From an uncultured Acidobacteriota bacterium (GTDB lineage Bacteria > Acidobacteriota > UBA6911), in contig CAWEJX010000006.1 of the NCBI GenBank assembly GCA_963809485.1, forward strand, positions 192,001 through 256,000: 64,000 bases of DNA, given 5' to 3'. The stretch's first letter is position 1; every line of letters begins with the position of its first letter. Made by a program: the position numbers and the translations under genes. Shown piece after piece: positions 29,296 through 39,303 of the stretch. The notes under the pieces are model-generated. The model saw only the letters and a list, made by a program, of their open reading frames with translations, made no database searches and had not been told where the DNA came from.

Positions 29296-30433
29296 ATGAT
29301 TAAGACCTCGTTACTGAAAGAGCTGGCCCGGCAACACGGGACTCCTTTGTTTGTCGTGGATCACGACGCTGTTCGCAGCAACTATGCGGCGTTCAAACGT
29401 CATCTGCCCCGCGTGCAGGCCTATTATGCGGTCAAGGCGAATTCGGATCCGGCGATCGTCCGAACCCTCTATGATGCAGGGTCCAGCTTCGACGTCGCTT
29501 CCATTGCCGAGTTCATGCTGGTCTATGACAATATCAAACACCTGCCGGCCGAAGCCCGCCAGAGCTTTATCTGGGACAAGATCGTTTATGCAAATCCGAT
29601 CAAAGACCGGCGCACGCTGGAGGAACTGGATCCCTTACAAGCCCCTGGTGGCTTTCGACAACATCGAGGAAGTCAAAAAGATCCGCAGGCATGCGCCCCA
29701 TGCCGGGCTGATGCTGCGGATCCGCGTTCCCAATACGGGATCCATGGTCGAACTGTCCAGCAAATTCGGCGCTTCCCCTGCCGAAGCCGTGGACCTGATC
29801 GCTACGGCGTTCAACGCCGGCCTGGTGGTCGAGGGATTGAGTTTCCATGTCGGCAGCCAGTGCACGAATTTTGAAAACTATGTCCAGGCGCTCTCGACGT
29901 CTGCGGCGCTTATGGAAGAAGCGGAGTCACGCGGGTTTTCGATGAAGCTGCTCGACATCGGCGGCGGATTCCCGGTGCGCTACGACCGGCACGTGCGGCC
30001 GTTCCGGGAATTGGCGAGGATCCTAAACACCGAACTGAACCGGCTGTTCCCGAGAGAGATGGAAATTCTCGCAGAGCCCGGAAGGTTCATGGTGGGCACG
30101 GCGGCGATCCTGGTCGCCGAAGTCATCGGCAAATCGGAGCGCGACGGCAAGCGCTGCTACTATGTGAACGACGGGATCTACCACACTTTTTCCGGCATCT
30201 TGTTCGACCACTGCCAGTACCAGGTGAAGGCCTTCAAGAAAGGCCCCAAACGCATATCCGCAGTTTTCGGACCTACGTGCGACGCCCTGGATGCCATCTC
30301 CCAGGCCGAGGCGCTTCCCGAGCTGAAACTGGGCGATCTCGTTTACAGTGAAAACATCGGCGCCTACAGCCACGCGTCGTCAACCTGGTTCAACGGCTTT
30401 CCCCCGGCGAAGGTCGTCCACATCAACCAGTAA
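29296..30433 (+). pseudogene. Type III PLP ornithine/lysine/arginine decarboxylase split by a +1 frameshift near 29635 (error, pseudogene or recoding)
   Basis: YAVKAN and FDVAS in the first frame; SKFGA, FHVGSQ, DIGGGF, EPGR, FGPTCD, GAY, FNGF in the +1 frame; junction GAT CCC T TAC AAG. Confidence 0.85.
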
Positions 30434-30835
30434 TTGATGGCTAATGGCAAGTCTCGATTCGGGGCACATTGCAGAAAATATTCCTGTGGTTTCGTTTCCT
30501 TTCCTGTTTCCTTTCCTGTGGACACCCATAATTTTTCCGCCCGATTTATCTTCACGCAATATAATCTTCATTTTGCCCCGCTGAATCCAAGTCTCGTCTA
30601 TTGAACGACCAAGGGTTTCCAGAACCAAAGGTTCCAGGCCGTCATTTGAAGAGAGCGCATCCGACCGCAGTATACTCACTGGAAGATTTCCCTTGATTTT
30701 TTTTGAACTAACCTAAGATCTACGCATTACCGAAAACCGGCAGTTCGGCATTTCCCAAAAGATCATTAAGAACCAGTCCTTAAGCATTCAGCGATTGATT
30801 TGCATTTGTATGCCTTAAATCGTATGGAGGCAACC

Positions 30836-31273
30836 ATGCGCTTGGCATGCGGCATTCTTTTGGCCCTGCTGTTGTCGGCGACAGTATTCCCGCAATCCCG
30901 CCTGACCATAGACAGACTCAACCGGCAGGATATCCAGACAATTGATCAAGAAGTGTCCTACAGCACCCTGCTCGAAGGCACGATCGATGATCCCCTCCTG
31001 GCGGTCTACGTCCTTGTGTATGAACCGGGCATCGGCGGCTGGAAAACCTATCCCGCAACCGTCGATGAAATCCGCATCGATGAAGCAGGCGGCTACCGGT
31101 GGAGGGCCATATGCCATTTTGGTGAATACGGCGGCCGGGGTGTGGGGCTCTCCTACCAGGTGCGGGTGATCGCGATCGAGCCGGAGCGCATCACGCCCGG
31201 CAATCTGCTGGATTCCTTGCAGTCAATCCGGCTTCAAAGCAGCGACCTGACCATCAAGCGCGTGAAGAGATAG
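30836..31273 (+). CDS. Hypothetical secreted protein, first gene of the Rhs operon
   Basis: GGAGG RBS, signal peptide MRLACGILLALLLSA, 9 bp gap to Rhs. Confidence 0.7.
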   Translation: MRLACGILLALLLSATVFPQSRLTIDRLNRQDIQTIDQEVSYSTLLEGTIDDPLLAVYVLVYEPGIGGWKTYPATVDEIRIDEAGGYRWRAICHFGEYGGRGVGLSYQVRVIAIEPERITPGNLLDSLQSIRLQSSDLTIKRVKR

Positions 31274-31282
31274 GGGGGCGCC

Positions 31283-34200
31283 ATGAAAAAGTCCATTCTC
31301 TTCGTCGTGATTGCGCTTTTGGGCTTCCCGGTCCTTCCCAGGACAGCGCTGATGGAAACGGAGTTGACCCACAAACCGAGGAATGCGCGCGGGATTTATT
31401 CCTTCGGGACCTATCTTGACGGTACAGGCCGGATCAATCTGGTCAACGGCAACCTGGTGTACGGCCGGCGGCTTATATCGCGCCCGGGCCGGGCCGGTTT
31501 CAATCTGGATATTTCGATCTATTACAACAGCAAGATCTGGGACCGTAATGGCAACGGGATGTATGTCAAGGATACCGGGAGCTGGGTAGGCATAGGATGG
31601 TATCTGGGATTTGCCAGACTTGTTCAGGGCGCCTCAAGCTATGCCCTTGTGGACCCGGACGGCTCGTCGCATGAGATCCAGCAGCATGACAACGGAGTGT
31701 GGAAATCGGTCGATTCGACCTACATTGTGCTGGATGTTGCGTCCAAAACAGCCACGCTCAAGGGAGGGATCCGGCTCGTATTCGGTAATACCGTGGGTAA
31801 TACCAGCTACATGACCGAGATGAAGGACGCGAACGGAAATAAAATTACGGCCACGTATGTTGCAGGGACAGGCAAGCTCAACGAGGTATTCGACAGTTTG
31901 GGCAAAGCCGCGGCATTTTCCTACAACGCCACCACAGGCTGCCTGGAGACCTTAACCTCCTATGGAACGTTCCGGGGCACGATTACGTTCAACACCAGCG
32001 CTGCGGGAACCTTTACACCCACTTTTTCGGTGCCCAAGCAGGTCCCTTCGGGAGAACGGAGATTGAACTCGATCACGTTCAGTCTGCCGGACCGGAATTT
32101 TGTTCAGAATTACATTTACTACTATCTGGGGGAGATCCAGACCATCACGAACCGGGTGGAAAAGGACGGGCAGAGTATCACGAAGACCCTGGCGGATTTC
32201 ACATTTGGCACGCGCTCGTATGCGGATCCGGTCTACACGAGCGTGGAGGAACGGGTGGTGACGAGCCGGAAAGATTATACCGACGGCACGCAATACTACA
32301 CGACATCGCTGGCTTATACCTTCAACGGCAACGGATCCAATCCGTCCAAGACGGCCGTAACGGATATTCGGGGGATCACGGACTATAATTTCAATTATTC
32401 GGTCTACCCGGCCCGCTCGTGGTCCGACGGGCTGATTTCCAGCATGCAGCGCAAGAATCTGAGCCAGACGACGGTGTACCGGACTCAAGCGACCGATTGG
32501 GAGCAGGACATAAGCGCCGGTTATATCGTGAATCCGCGCCCGACGCGGAGGACGACGACCATGGATGACGGACAGAGCCTCAAAACCGAGCTTATTTATG
32601 CCAGCGACGGCACGGGCAATATCAGCCAGACGGTCCAGTACAAGTACGGCAACACGGTGGTGCTCAGAAGAGCGACGACGACCTATCGGCATGAAAGCAA
32701 CTCCGCCTATACGGCAGCAAACATGACGAACCTGCCGGCTGCAGTTTCGGTCAAGGATGGAAGCGGCACGGAGGTGGCGCGAACGGAGTATGGGTACGAT
32801 GAGTACCAGCTGACGCTGTATCAGGGGCCGGTCTATAACCATGAACACTGCTTACGACAATCAGAACATAACGGTGCGGGGCAATCCGACGAGCGTGCGG
32901 CGTAAGCTGATCGGGGAGAGCCGGTTTCTGACGGCGACATCCGGCTACGACATGACGGGGAACGTGGTGTCGGAGACGGATGCGAAAAGCAATACGACGA
33001 CGCGGACGTTCACGAGTTCGACGAACTACGTGCTGCCGCGCTACACGACCAATGCGCTGGGGCAGCAGAGCGAGCAGACGTGGAAGCAGTATTCCGGCGG
33101 GTTTAATTACTACAACGGGGACTTGGCAACCGCCATCGATGCCAACGGGGCAACGGTATACTACTGGTACGACGAGTTGGGCCGGACGACTCAGATAAAC
33201 ACCCCCATCGGGCTAACGAATTATTCCTATGATGATTACGTTTTCGAAACCACGGAGATGTCGTCCTCGGGGACCCAATATACGAAGGTGGATTCCTCGA
33301 GCGAGGTGATCGAGACCAGGCAGGACGACCCTGAAGTAGAGGATGATATTCTTACCACGATGGGGTACAACAATCCCTGGCAACAGGCAAGCGCAGTTTC
33401 GTTTCCGTACCGTTACGGGGGAACGCCCACAAACGCCACCTACACGTATGATCCGCTGGGGCGGGTATTGACGGAGGCGGCGCCGTCGGTAGGAACTACA
33501 TCGTATCTATATGTAGGGAATACGGTTACGGTGACGAATCCTGAGAACAAGAAGAAGAAATATACCTACGATGAGCTGGGAAACATCTCGCAGGTCACCG
33601 AGCAGGATGCGGCCGGGAACCTGAGCATAGTGACGACCTACAGCTACAATATCCTGGGGAAGCTGACTCAGATCGTTCAGATCGGGCAGGGCAACTTGCC
33701 GGACCAGACCAGGACGTTAACCTACGACAGTCTGGGCCGTCTGACTGCGGAAACGCACCCGGAGAAGGGCACGACGACCTACACGTATGACGATAACGGG
33801 AATGTTTTGAGCCGGACGGATGCGCGTGGGGTTGTGGCGGCGTCGATCTATGATGCGTTGAACCGGCGGACGTCAACGAGTTTTTCGGACGGGACGCCGT
33901 CGGCGAGTTATTATTATGATCAAGCGACCTCGGGGCTGATCGGGACGATCACCAACGGCAAGGGGCGGATGACGAGCGCCTGGACATCGGATGGGATTGG
34001 GTACAGCTGGAGCTATGAAGCAGGGGGGCGTGTGACGCAGCAAGTGGCGAGCATCGATGGGATCCAGTATCCGGTGGGGTACAGTTATAATTTCATAGGA
34101 TCCTGTTCGGAGAGCAACCTGTGGCAGATCACGTATCCTGCGGGGCTGGACATCCGGTACACCAGGGATGCGATGTGCCGGACGAAGACGATCAAGAACA

Positions 34201-35972
34201 ATACGGGAACCATCACGCACGCCAGCTACTACTATGCGTCGCAAAATGGAGCTCTTTCGAAGATCTCGTTCGGGGACAATATTCGTCAGGAATACACGTA
34301 TGATGCTGTGGGAAGGCTGAATCTGTATAGCATGGTGCGGAGCAGCCCGCAGAAGACGATCTACTGGAATTTGTATTACAACGGCAGCTCGCAGATCAGC
34401 AGCATTCGGGAGCAGATTGTCAATGGGGTGGCTCAATACACGTATGCCTACGACAAGGTGGGGCGGCTGGTATCGGCGACACATGCGGTGAAGGATGCCA
34501 ACAATAATTATGTGACGGATCAGGTGAACAGCTTCAGCTACGATCAATTCGGCAACATGCTGACGAATCAGCTGCAATATCCGGGCAATCCGGGGCAGGA
34601 CTCACAGATTACGTATGACGTGAATGCCTCGAACAACCGGCTGATCGGCTATACGGACGGGCAGGATGCGATAACGACGGCATATGATGCGACAGGCAAC
34701 CTGCTGGCGGAAGGGGCGAGGAGCTATGCCTGGGACGGAGCGGGGAGGATGACATCGGTCACGGGGACGGATTGGGGAGTCTACCGGTATGATGCTCTGG
34801 GGCGGCGGGTGAAGAAGACCTACACGTATCAGGTTCAGTCGGGGACGGTTTCAGGGAACATAATCTCGATTTATGGAGCCGGGAATGCGTTGATATCGGA
34901 TTACCGGACGGAGACGACGCCTTCGGGATCGTATGATGCGCGGACGGACTATATAGTGAACGGCAGCGAGGCGGTGGCGCGGCGGACGGTGACGGGCGGG
35001 GGGACGGTGACGACGCAATATCTTCATCGCACGCACGTGAATCAGATCATTGATCCGAACACATATGCGATAGGCACAGGATCAGCATTGATGTATGGCC
35101 AGCCATTCAGTTCCGGCGGGAATGATCAGTTTGCGGGACACAAGGACGACCCGGAGAGCGGGTTGCATTATAATCTGGCAAGGTCGTACAGCTCGATAAT
35201 GTCGCGCTGGCCCTCGCCGGATCCTGTGACCAGCAACGTCTATGATCCTCAAATGTTTAACAAGTACATCTACGTCAGAAATGATCCCATTAATTTCGTG
35301 GATCCGGATGGCCGTGAGGCAGAGTGGATTGAAAACGGGGCGAACGTCCAAGTCACGGTGACCGAAGCATTAAGTCTCTCGAATTTATTCCCCTATTATG
35401 GATTTAATCTTGGTCAAGAGGGCGCAGTATATGTTGATGGTGTGCTAATTCCAGGGCGCTATGTCGGCCCGGGTATGGATTACATACGTCAAGGAATAGA
35501 GATGGCTAATGCTGTAATGAATCAAGGTGAGAAGGCAAAAGGCGATGAACATCCTGACGGTATTGTCAGGCAAGTCCCTGGCCTGTACTTAAGTGTCGAC
35601 AGCATGGGGAAATGGATAAGGGATAATGCTCACGCAAAGTCAACAGGTAAATGTGCAACGCATGTCCGCCAAGCACTAGCAGCTGGTGGAATATATACGG
35701 TTGGGCTCCCAATCGCTGGAGGCGATTATGGACCATATTTGCTTCAGCGTGGCTTCCAATTGGTTCCCCACGGGGCACCTGCGATCAACGAAATTGGAGA
35801 TATAGCTGTTTTCTCTAAAGTACCCGGCATACACGATTGGGGCCACATACAGATTTGGTCGGGGGAATCATGGATTTCGGACTTCGTCCAAAAGAGGATG
35901 TCGCCGTATAGTGACAACAGTAGCACCATTACAGTATATCGTAGCTCATATATAATTTGCCCTATTCCGTGA
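31283..35972 (+). CDS. Rhs/YD-repeat polymorphic toxin with signal peptide and C-terminal CHAP/Tae-like peptidoglycan amidase; one +1 frameshift near 32845
   Basis: INLVNGNL, many YD..G repeats, core end NKYIYVRNDPINFVDPDG; tip STGKCATHVRQAL..GDIAVF..WGHIQIW..WISDF; removing one A gives NHDTAYDN. Confidence 0.88.
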
Positions 35973-35996
35973 ACGGGTAAGGCAGCAGGTCACTAC

Positions 35997-36575
35997 ATGA
36001 AAAAAGACAGAATATTTCATAAATATGCGTGTGAGATGATCGCTGGCTGGTTGGTATATTGTTTCCTATCCACGTCATGCCTTTTAGGCGCCGAGACGCA
36101 GAGCCAAGAACAAATCCTAACCTCCTGCCGAAGCTTTGTACAAGGTTTCTATAATTGGTATCTCAAACAATTGTCGCATGAAAGCGAAGGTCCGGCATTC
36201 AATCAGGCCCTTCAATACAGAAGGCAAGTATTTAGTCGAAGCCTTTTTCAGGCATTGAAAGAAGATTATGAAGCACAATCCAAAGTTAGCGGAGTAATTG
36301 TTGGGATTGATTTTGACCCATTCCTCGCATCCCAAGACCCGGCTGAGCGTTACGTGGTAGGTAAGATTGTTATAAAAGCCGGAAGTTATTGGGTCGGAAT
36401 ACATGCAATACGAGACGATGAAAAAAGCCAAAAACCTGAATTGTATGCTGAGGCGGTAATTAAGGATGGGCAGTGGTTATTCATCAACTTCCATTACTCA
36501 CAAAATGACCTATTGCGTATTTTGAAACGCTGGCGAGAGGAACGACGGAAGCAACCTGATTTTGGTCTTCGATAG
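35997..36575 (+). CDS. Probable periplasmic immunity protein, DUF3828 (YbjP/YqhG)-like
   Basis: Directly after the toxin, lower GC, hydrophobic N-terminus, FVQGFYNWY and IDFDPFLASQD. Confidence 0.78.
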   Translation: MKKDRIFHKYACEMIAGWLVYCFLSTSCLLGAETQSQEQILTSCRSFVQGFYNWYLKQLSHESEGPAFNQALQYRRQVFSRSLFQALKEDYEAQSKVSGVIVGIDFDPFLASQDPAERYVVGKIVIKAGSYWVGIHAIRDDEKSQKPELYAEAVIKDGQWLFINFHYSQNDLLRILKRWREERRKQPDFGLR

Positions 36576-36577
36576 TA

Positions 36578-36697
36578 ATCTACGTCAGAAATGATCCCAT
36601 TAACTTTGTTGATCCGGATGGAAGGCTTGAGGTGCCATATTCGTCCTATTATGGGCTTGATCCATTCTCGTGGGGTTTGATTTCTATTGGCGGATAA
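36578..36697 (+). pseudogene. Orphan Rhs core-end stub with the start of a different tip
   Basis: 36578-36621 matches 35268-35311 at 41/44 nt, all three differences synonymous; reads IYVRNDPINFVDPDGRLEVPYSSYYG... Confidence 0.85.
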
Positions 36698-37220
36698 AAC
36701 GTGGGAAAAACGTGGGGAAAACGTAAAACGTGGACACCCAATATTTGATATCCCCATAATTGCGTGTCCTTGCGGCAAGCGTGCATGACTCTGCAAGAGG
36801 CTTTTTGATACCGTCTGGCTGTGGGCGCATTCGCGCCGGGAGGACAGCCGATGGGATCAAGAAACTTGCCTATACCAGTCGAAATTCCCTCAGAGGGGAA
36901 AAAACTTGGACACCCACTATTTGTAGGGAGCAGATATAGCAGGTTGCCGCTCATGTCATTCGTTCACATCATTCATTTTGGTTCCATTTATTGGCCAGAA
37001 ATCGGGGCCAGAAATCGGTGACGGAAAAACGTGGGAATAACATGGTGTAATGGTGTAAAACGTGGGTAAAACGTGGACACCCACCGTTTCTGTTTGTCAA
37101 ATGGACATGGACACCCAATGTTTGATATCCCCATAATTGTAATGAGCAAAAAATGTGGACACTCACTGTTTTGCTCACTGTTTTTGAAATGAAAGCGTGG
37201 AGAGCGTGAACACACAATAT
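36697..37220. repeat. REP-like repeat field left of the RAYT gene (TGGACACCCA cores, AAAACGTGG tandem flanks)
   Basis: Exact cores at 36731, 36907, 37074, 37108; degenerate at 37156, 37207; inverted ATTGCGTGTCC at 36759. Confidence 0.85.
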
Positions 37221-37423
37221 TTGTAGGGAGTAGATAAAGAAGGTCGACCCATCATTCGTTTTTTGTTTCATCTATTGTTATAAGTCACTGGGGAATGCAG
37301 CAAATCAATAAGGGCAGCCCGGCAGTACCTGGCGAACTGAAGATCAAGGATTTCTGGCGGCGATCTGCGAGATTAGGAAGAGACTGCAGGATAGGTGGAG
37401 GGAATCTGGCAGAGCAACATGGC

Positions 37424-38539
37424 TCAGGCCGATTGCGCCGAAGGAGATGCAAACGCAGATCGAGCTGTGGATAAGCCAACAAGCCATCTTCGGCCGAGCT
37501 GATCTGCAAATTCACGAAGACTTGAAACTAGGCCAGCAGCGAGACGGAATTTCGGACCGAAACGGGAAATGGTATCTATCCAGGCCTGGGGATTGGCGCC
37601 AATGCGCAGCAGAATGGGTGCAAGCTGTGGGTCAATAGCTCCGCGTTTGTCAGCCCTCAATAGGCGCCCCGACTGGTCTACCAGATTGAAGTAATCGGCT
37701 TCGGTCATCTGTAGGATGCCGCGACGGTGGGTATCTGATTGAATGGGACACAGCCAAAGGGATGGGGAGTTGAGAGAATCGACAGGGATAGCCACGGGAT
37801 TGCAGCCGGGAATACCCATTTTGTCTTCCGACATTGACATGTTCTCCGGGGAAGACCCGTCCGGGATGTGTTGAGTTAACTCGCTGGTTATCATAGCTTT
37901 GCTGGTCATTTCGTTCTGCCAGGCGCGAATCCGTTCCTGAATGCTGGTGAAGTCGCTTTCTTCGGGAGTTGGGGCCAGGCCGGCACGGATGGGATTCAGA
38001 TCCACATAAACCATGCAGGCAGCAATGGCAGCCTCGTCGAGCAGGGCCTGACATTTGAATCGGGATTCCCAGAATCGGCCCTTGACGTTATCTTCTTTAT
38101 TAGCGGCTCGGGCGATAAATTCGTTGAGGCGGCCCATAAACCAGCTGAGGCTGCAGAGTCGTTTGCGCAATACGGCGATACGTTCGGGGCAATCGGCCAG
38201 GGCGCAGATCTGGGCTTCGGAAGGGGGTGCGTGCCGTATAGGGAAGAGGGTAAGCCATCGGCTGGCCACCTCGCGATCGGACCAGGCGGCGGCGATTTCG
38301 AGGCAGATACGAAGAATGACGTGGAAGTGGTTTTGCATGACGGCGAAAGCACAGACATCGATGGCAAAAATGGCGGAGAGAAACCGTAACCTGTCGACCA
38401 GCCAAGCTTTGCGGTGAGAGAAGTCGCGGCCGGAGTGTGCGTCGAACCCGCATAGGAACGCCCGGCGGACGCAGCGGCTGAAGCAGTGATAGACGCCATC
38501 TTGTCCTTCCTGGACATATTTGCTTCGCGGCATAGTCAT
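37424..38539 (-). mobile_element. REP-associated tyrosine transposase (RAYT, Y1 HUH family)
   Basis: YHCFSRCVRRAFLCG, AFAVMQNHFH (HUH), GRFWESRFK, YVDLNPIRAG. Confidence 0.9.
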
Positions 38540-38605
38540 GGTTCACTCCTTTCAATACATCTAACGGTGAACCCATGGAATGTGCTAAAAGAAAACACAC
38601 AAATC

Positions 38606-38763
38606 GGCAAATATGTGGGGGGCAAATATGTGCGTGTCCAGTTAATTCCCAGTTAATTCCAGTTAATAGTCCACTATGTGGGTGTCCAGTTAATCTCCAG
38701 TTAATCCCTCATATCCGTGGGTGTCCAGTTAATCTCCAGTTAATCTGGGTGTCCAGTTAATCT
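38606..38763. repeat. REP-like repeat field right of the RAYT gene (TGGGTGTCCA cores, 8x CCAGTTAAT)
   Basis: Three TGGGTGTCCA plus one TGCGTGTCCA, the reverse complement of the left-side core. Confidence 0.88.
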
Positions 38764-38767
38764 CTCC

Positions 38768-39013
38768 TTAGGCAAATAGTTGTCCGTGGAAATCGAGGCT
38801 AATCTGGGCAAGAACGTTCCCGCGATCCAGTGAAGCATCATCCTTTATAGCTATCCATTTTCCGGGCTGGCCTCTTCCCGTCAATGCAGCGGAAAATCCG
38901 CTGGGTGGCTGGCCAGGCTTGTCGCTGTTGAAATCAATCATGATGGCCTGCGCCGAGAATACCGCTATGCCAAGAAGAAAGCCGAGAATCCCCATGCCCT
39001 TGCCGGATTTCAT
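38768..39013 (-). pseudogene. Truncated secreted protein (DUF1080/LamG-like N-terminus)
   Basis: Signal peptide then IDFNSDKPGQPPSGFSAALTG..GKW..NVLAQ; ends abruptly at the REP field. Confidence 0.55.
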
Positions 39014-39303
39014 GTGAGTGAATCCTTTCGTATTTTCCTCCGCGGCTATATAGATTTGCAGGTCCAAATTAAAGGCGGGTTTATACCAGATGAAAAATCG
39101 TTCAGAATCCGATAAGCTGTGCTCTTGGCGGATATCTCCATTTTGAACGCGGATGTGCTAACTCTGTCGCATAGAGAGGCTCTCTGCGTGAATATGGGTA
39201 TTCTGAACGGAAATTAATCTGCCTTTCATGCCTTTTTATTTCCATCTGCAAGATTCCATAACATCTTCGCTATCCGAGGGAATATTTGCTTTGATAGAGG
39301 GGT

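Noticed and set aside
30836-36575. Type VI secretion locus
   Set aside because: No Hcp, VgrG, PAAR or Tss gene recognised in the window
36697-38765. CRISPR array
   Set aside because: Repeats are 9-10 nt, irregularly spaced, lack unique equal-length spacers, and no cas genes are present; they fit RAYT-associated repeats better
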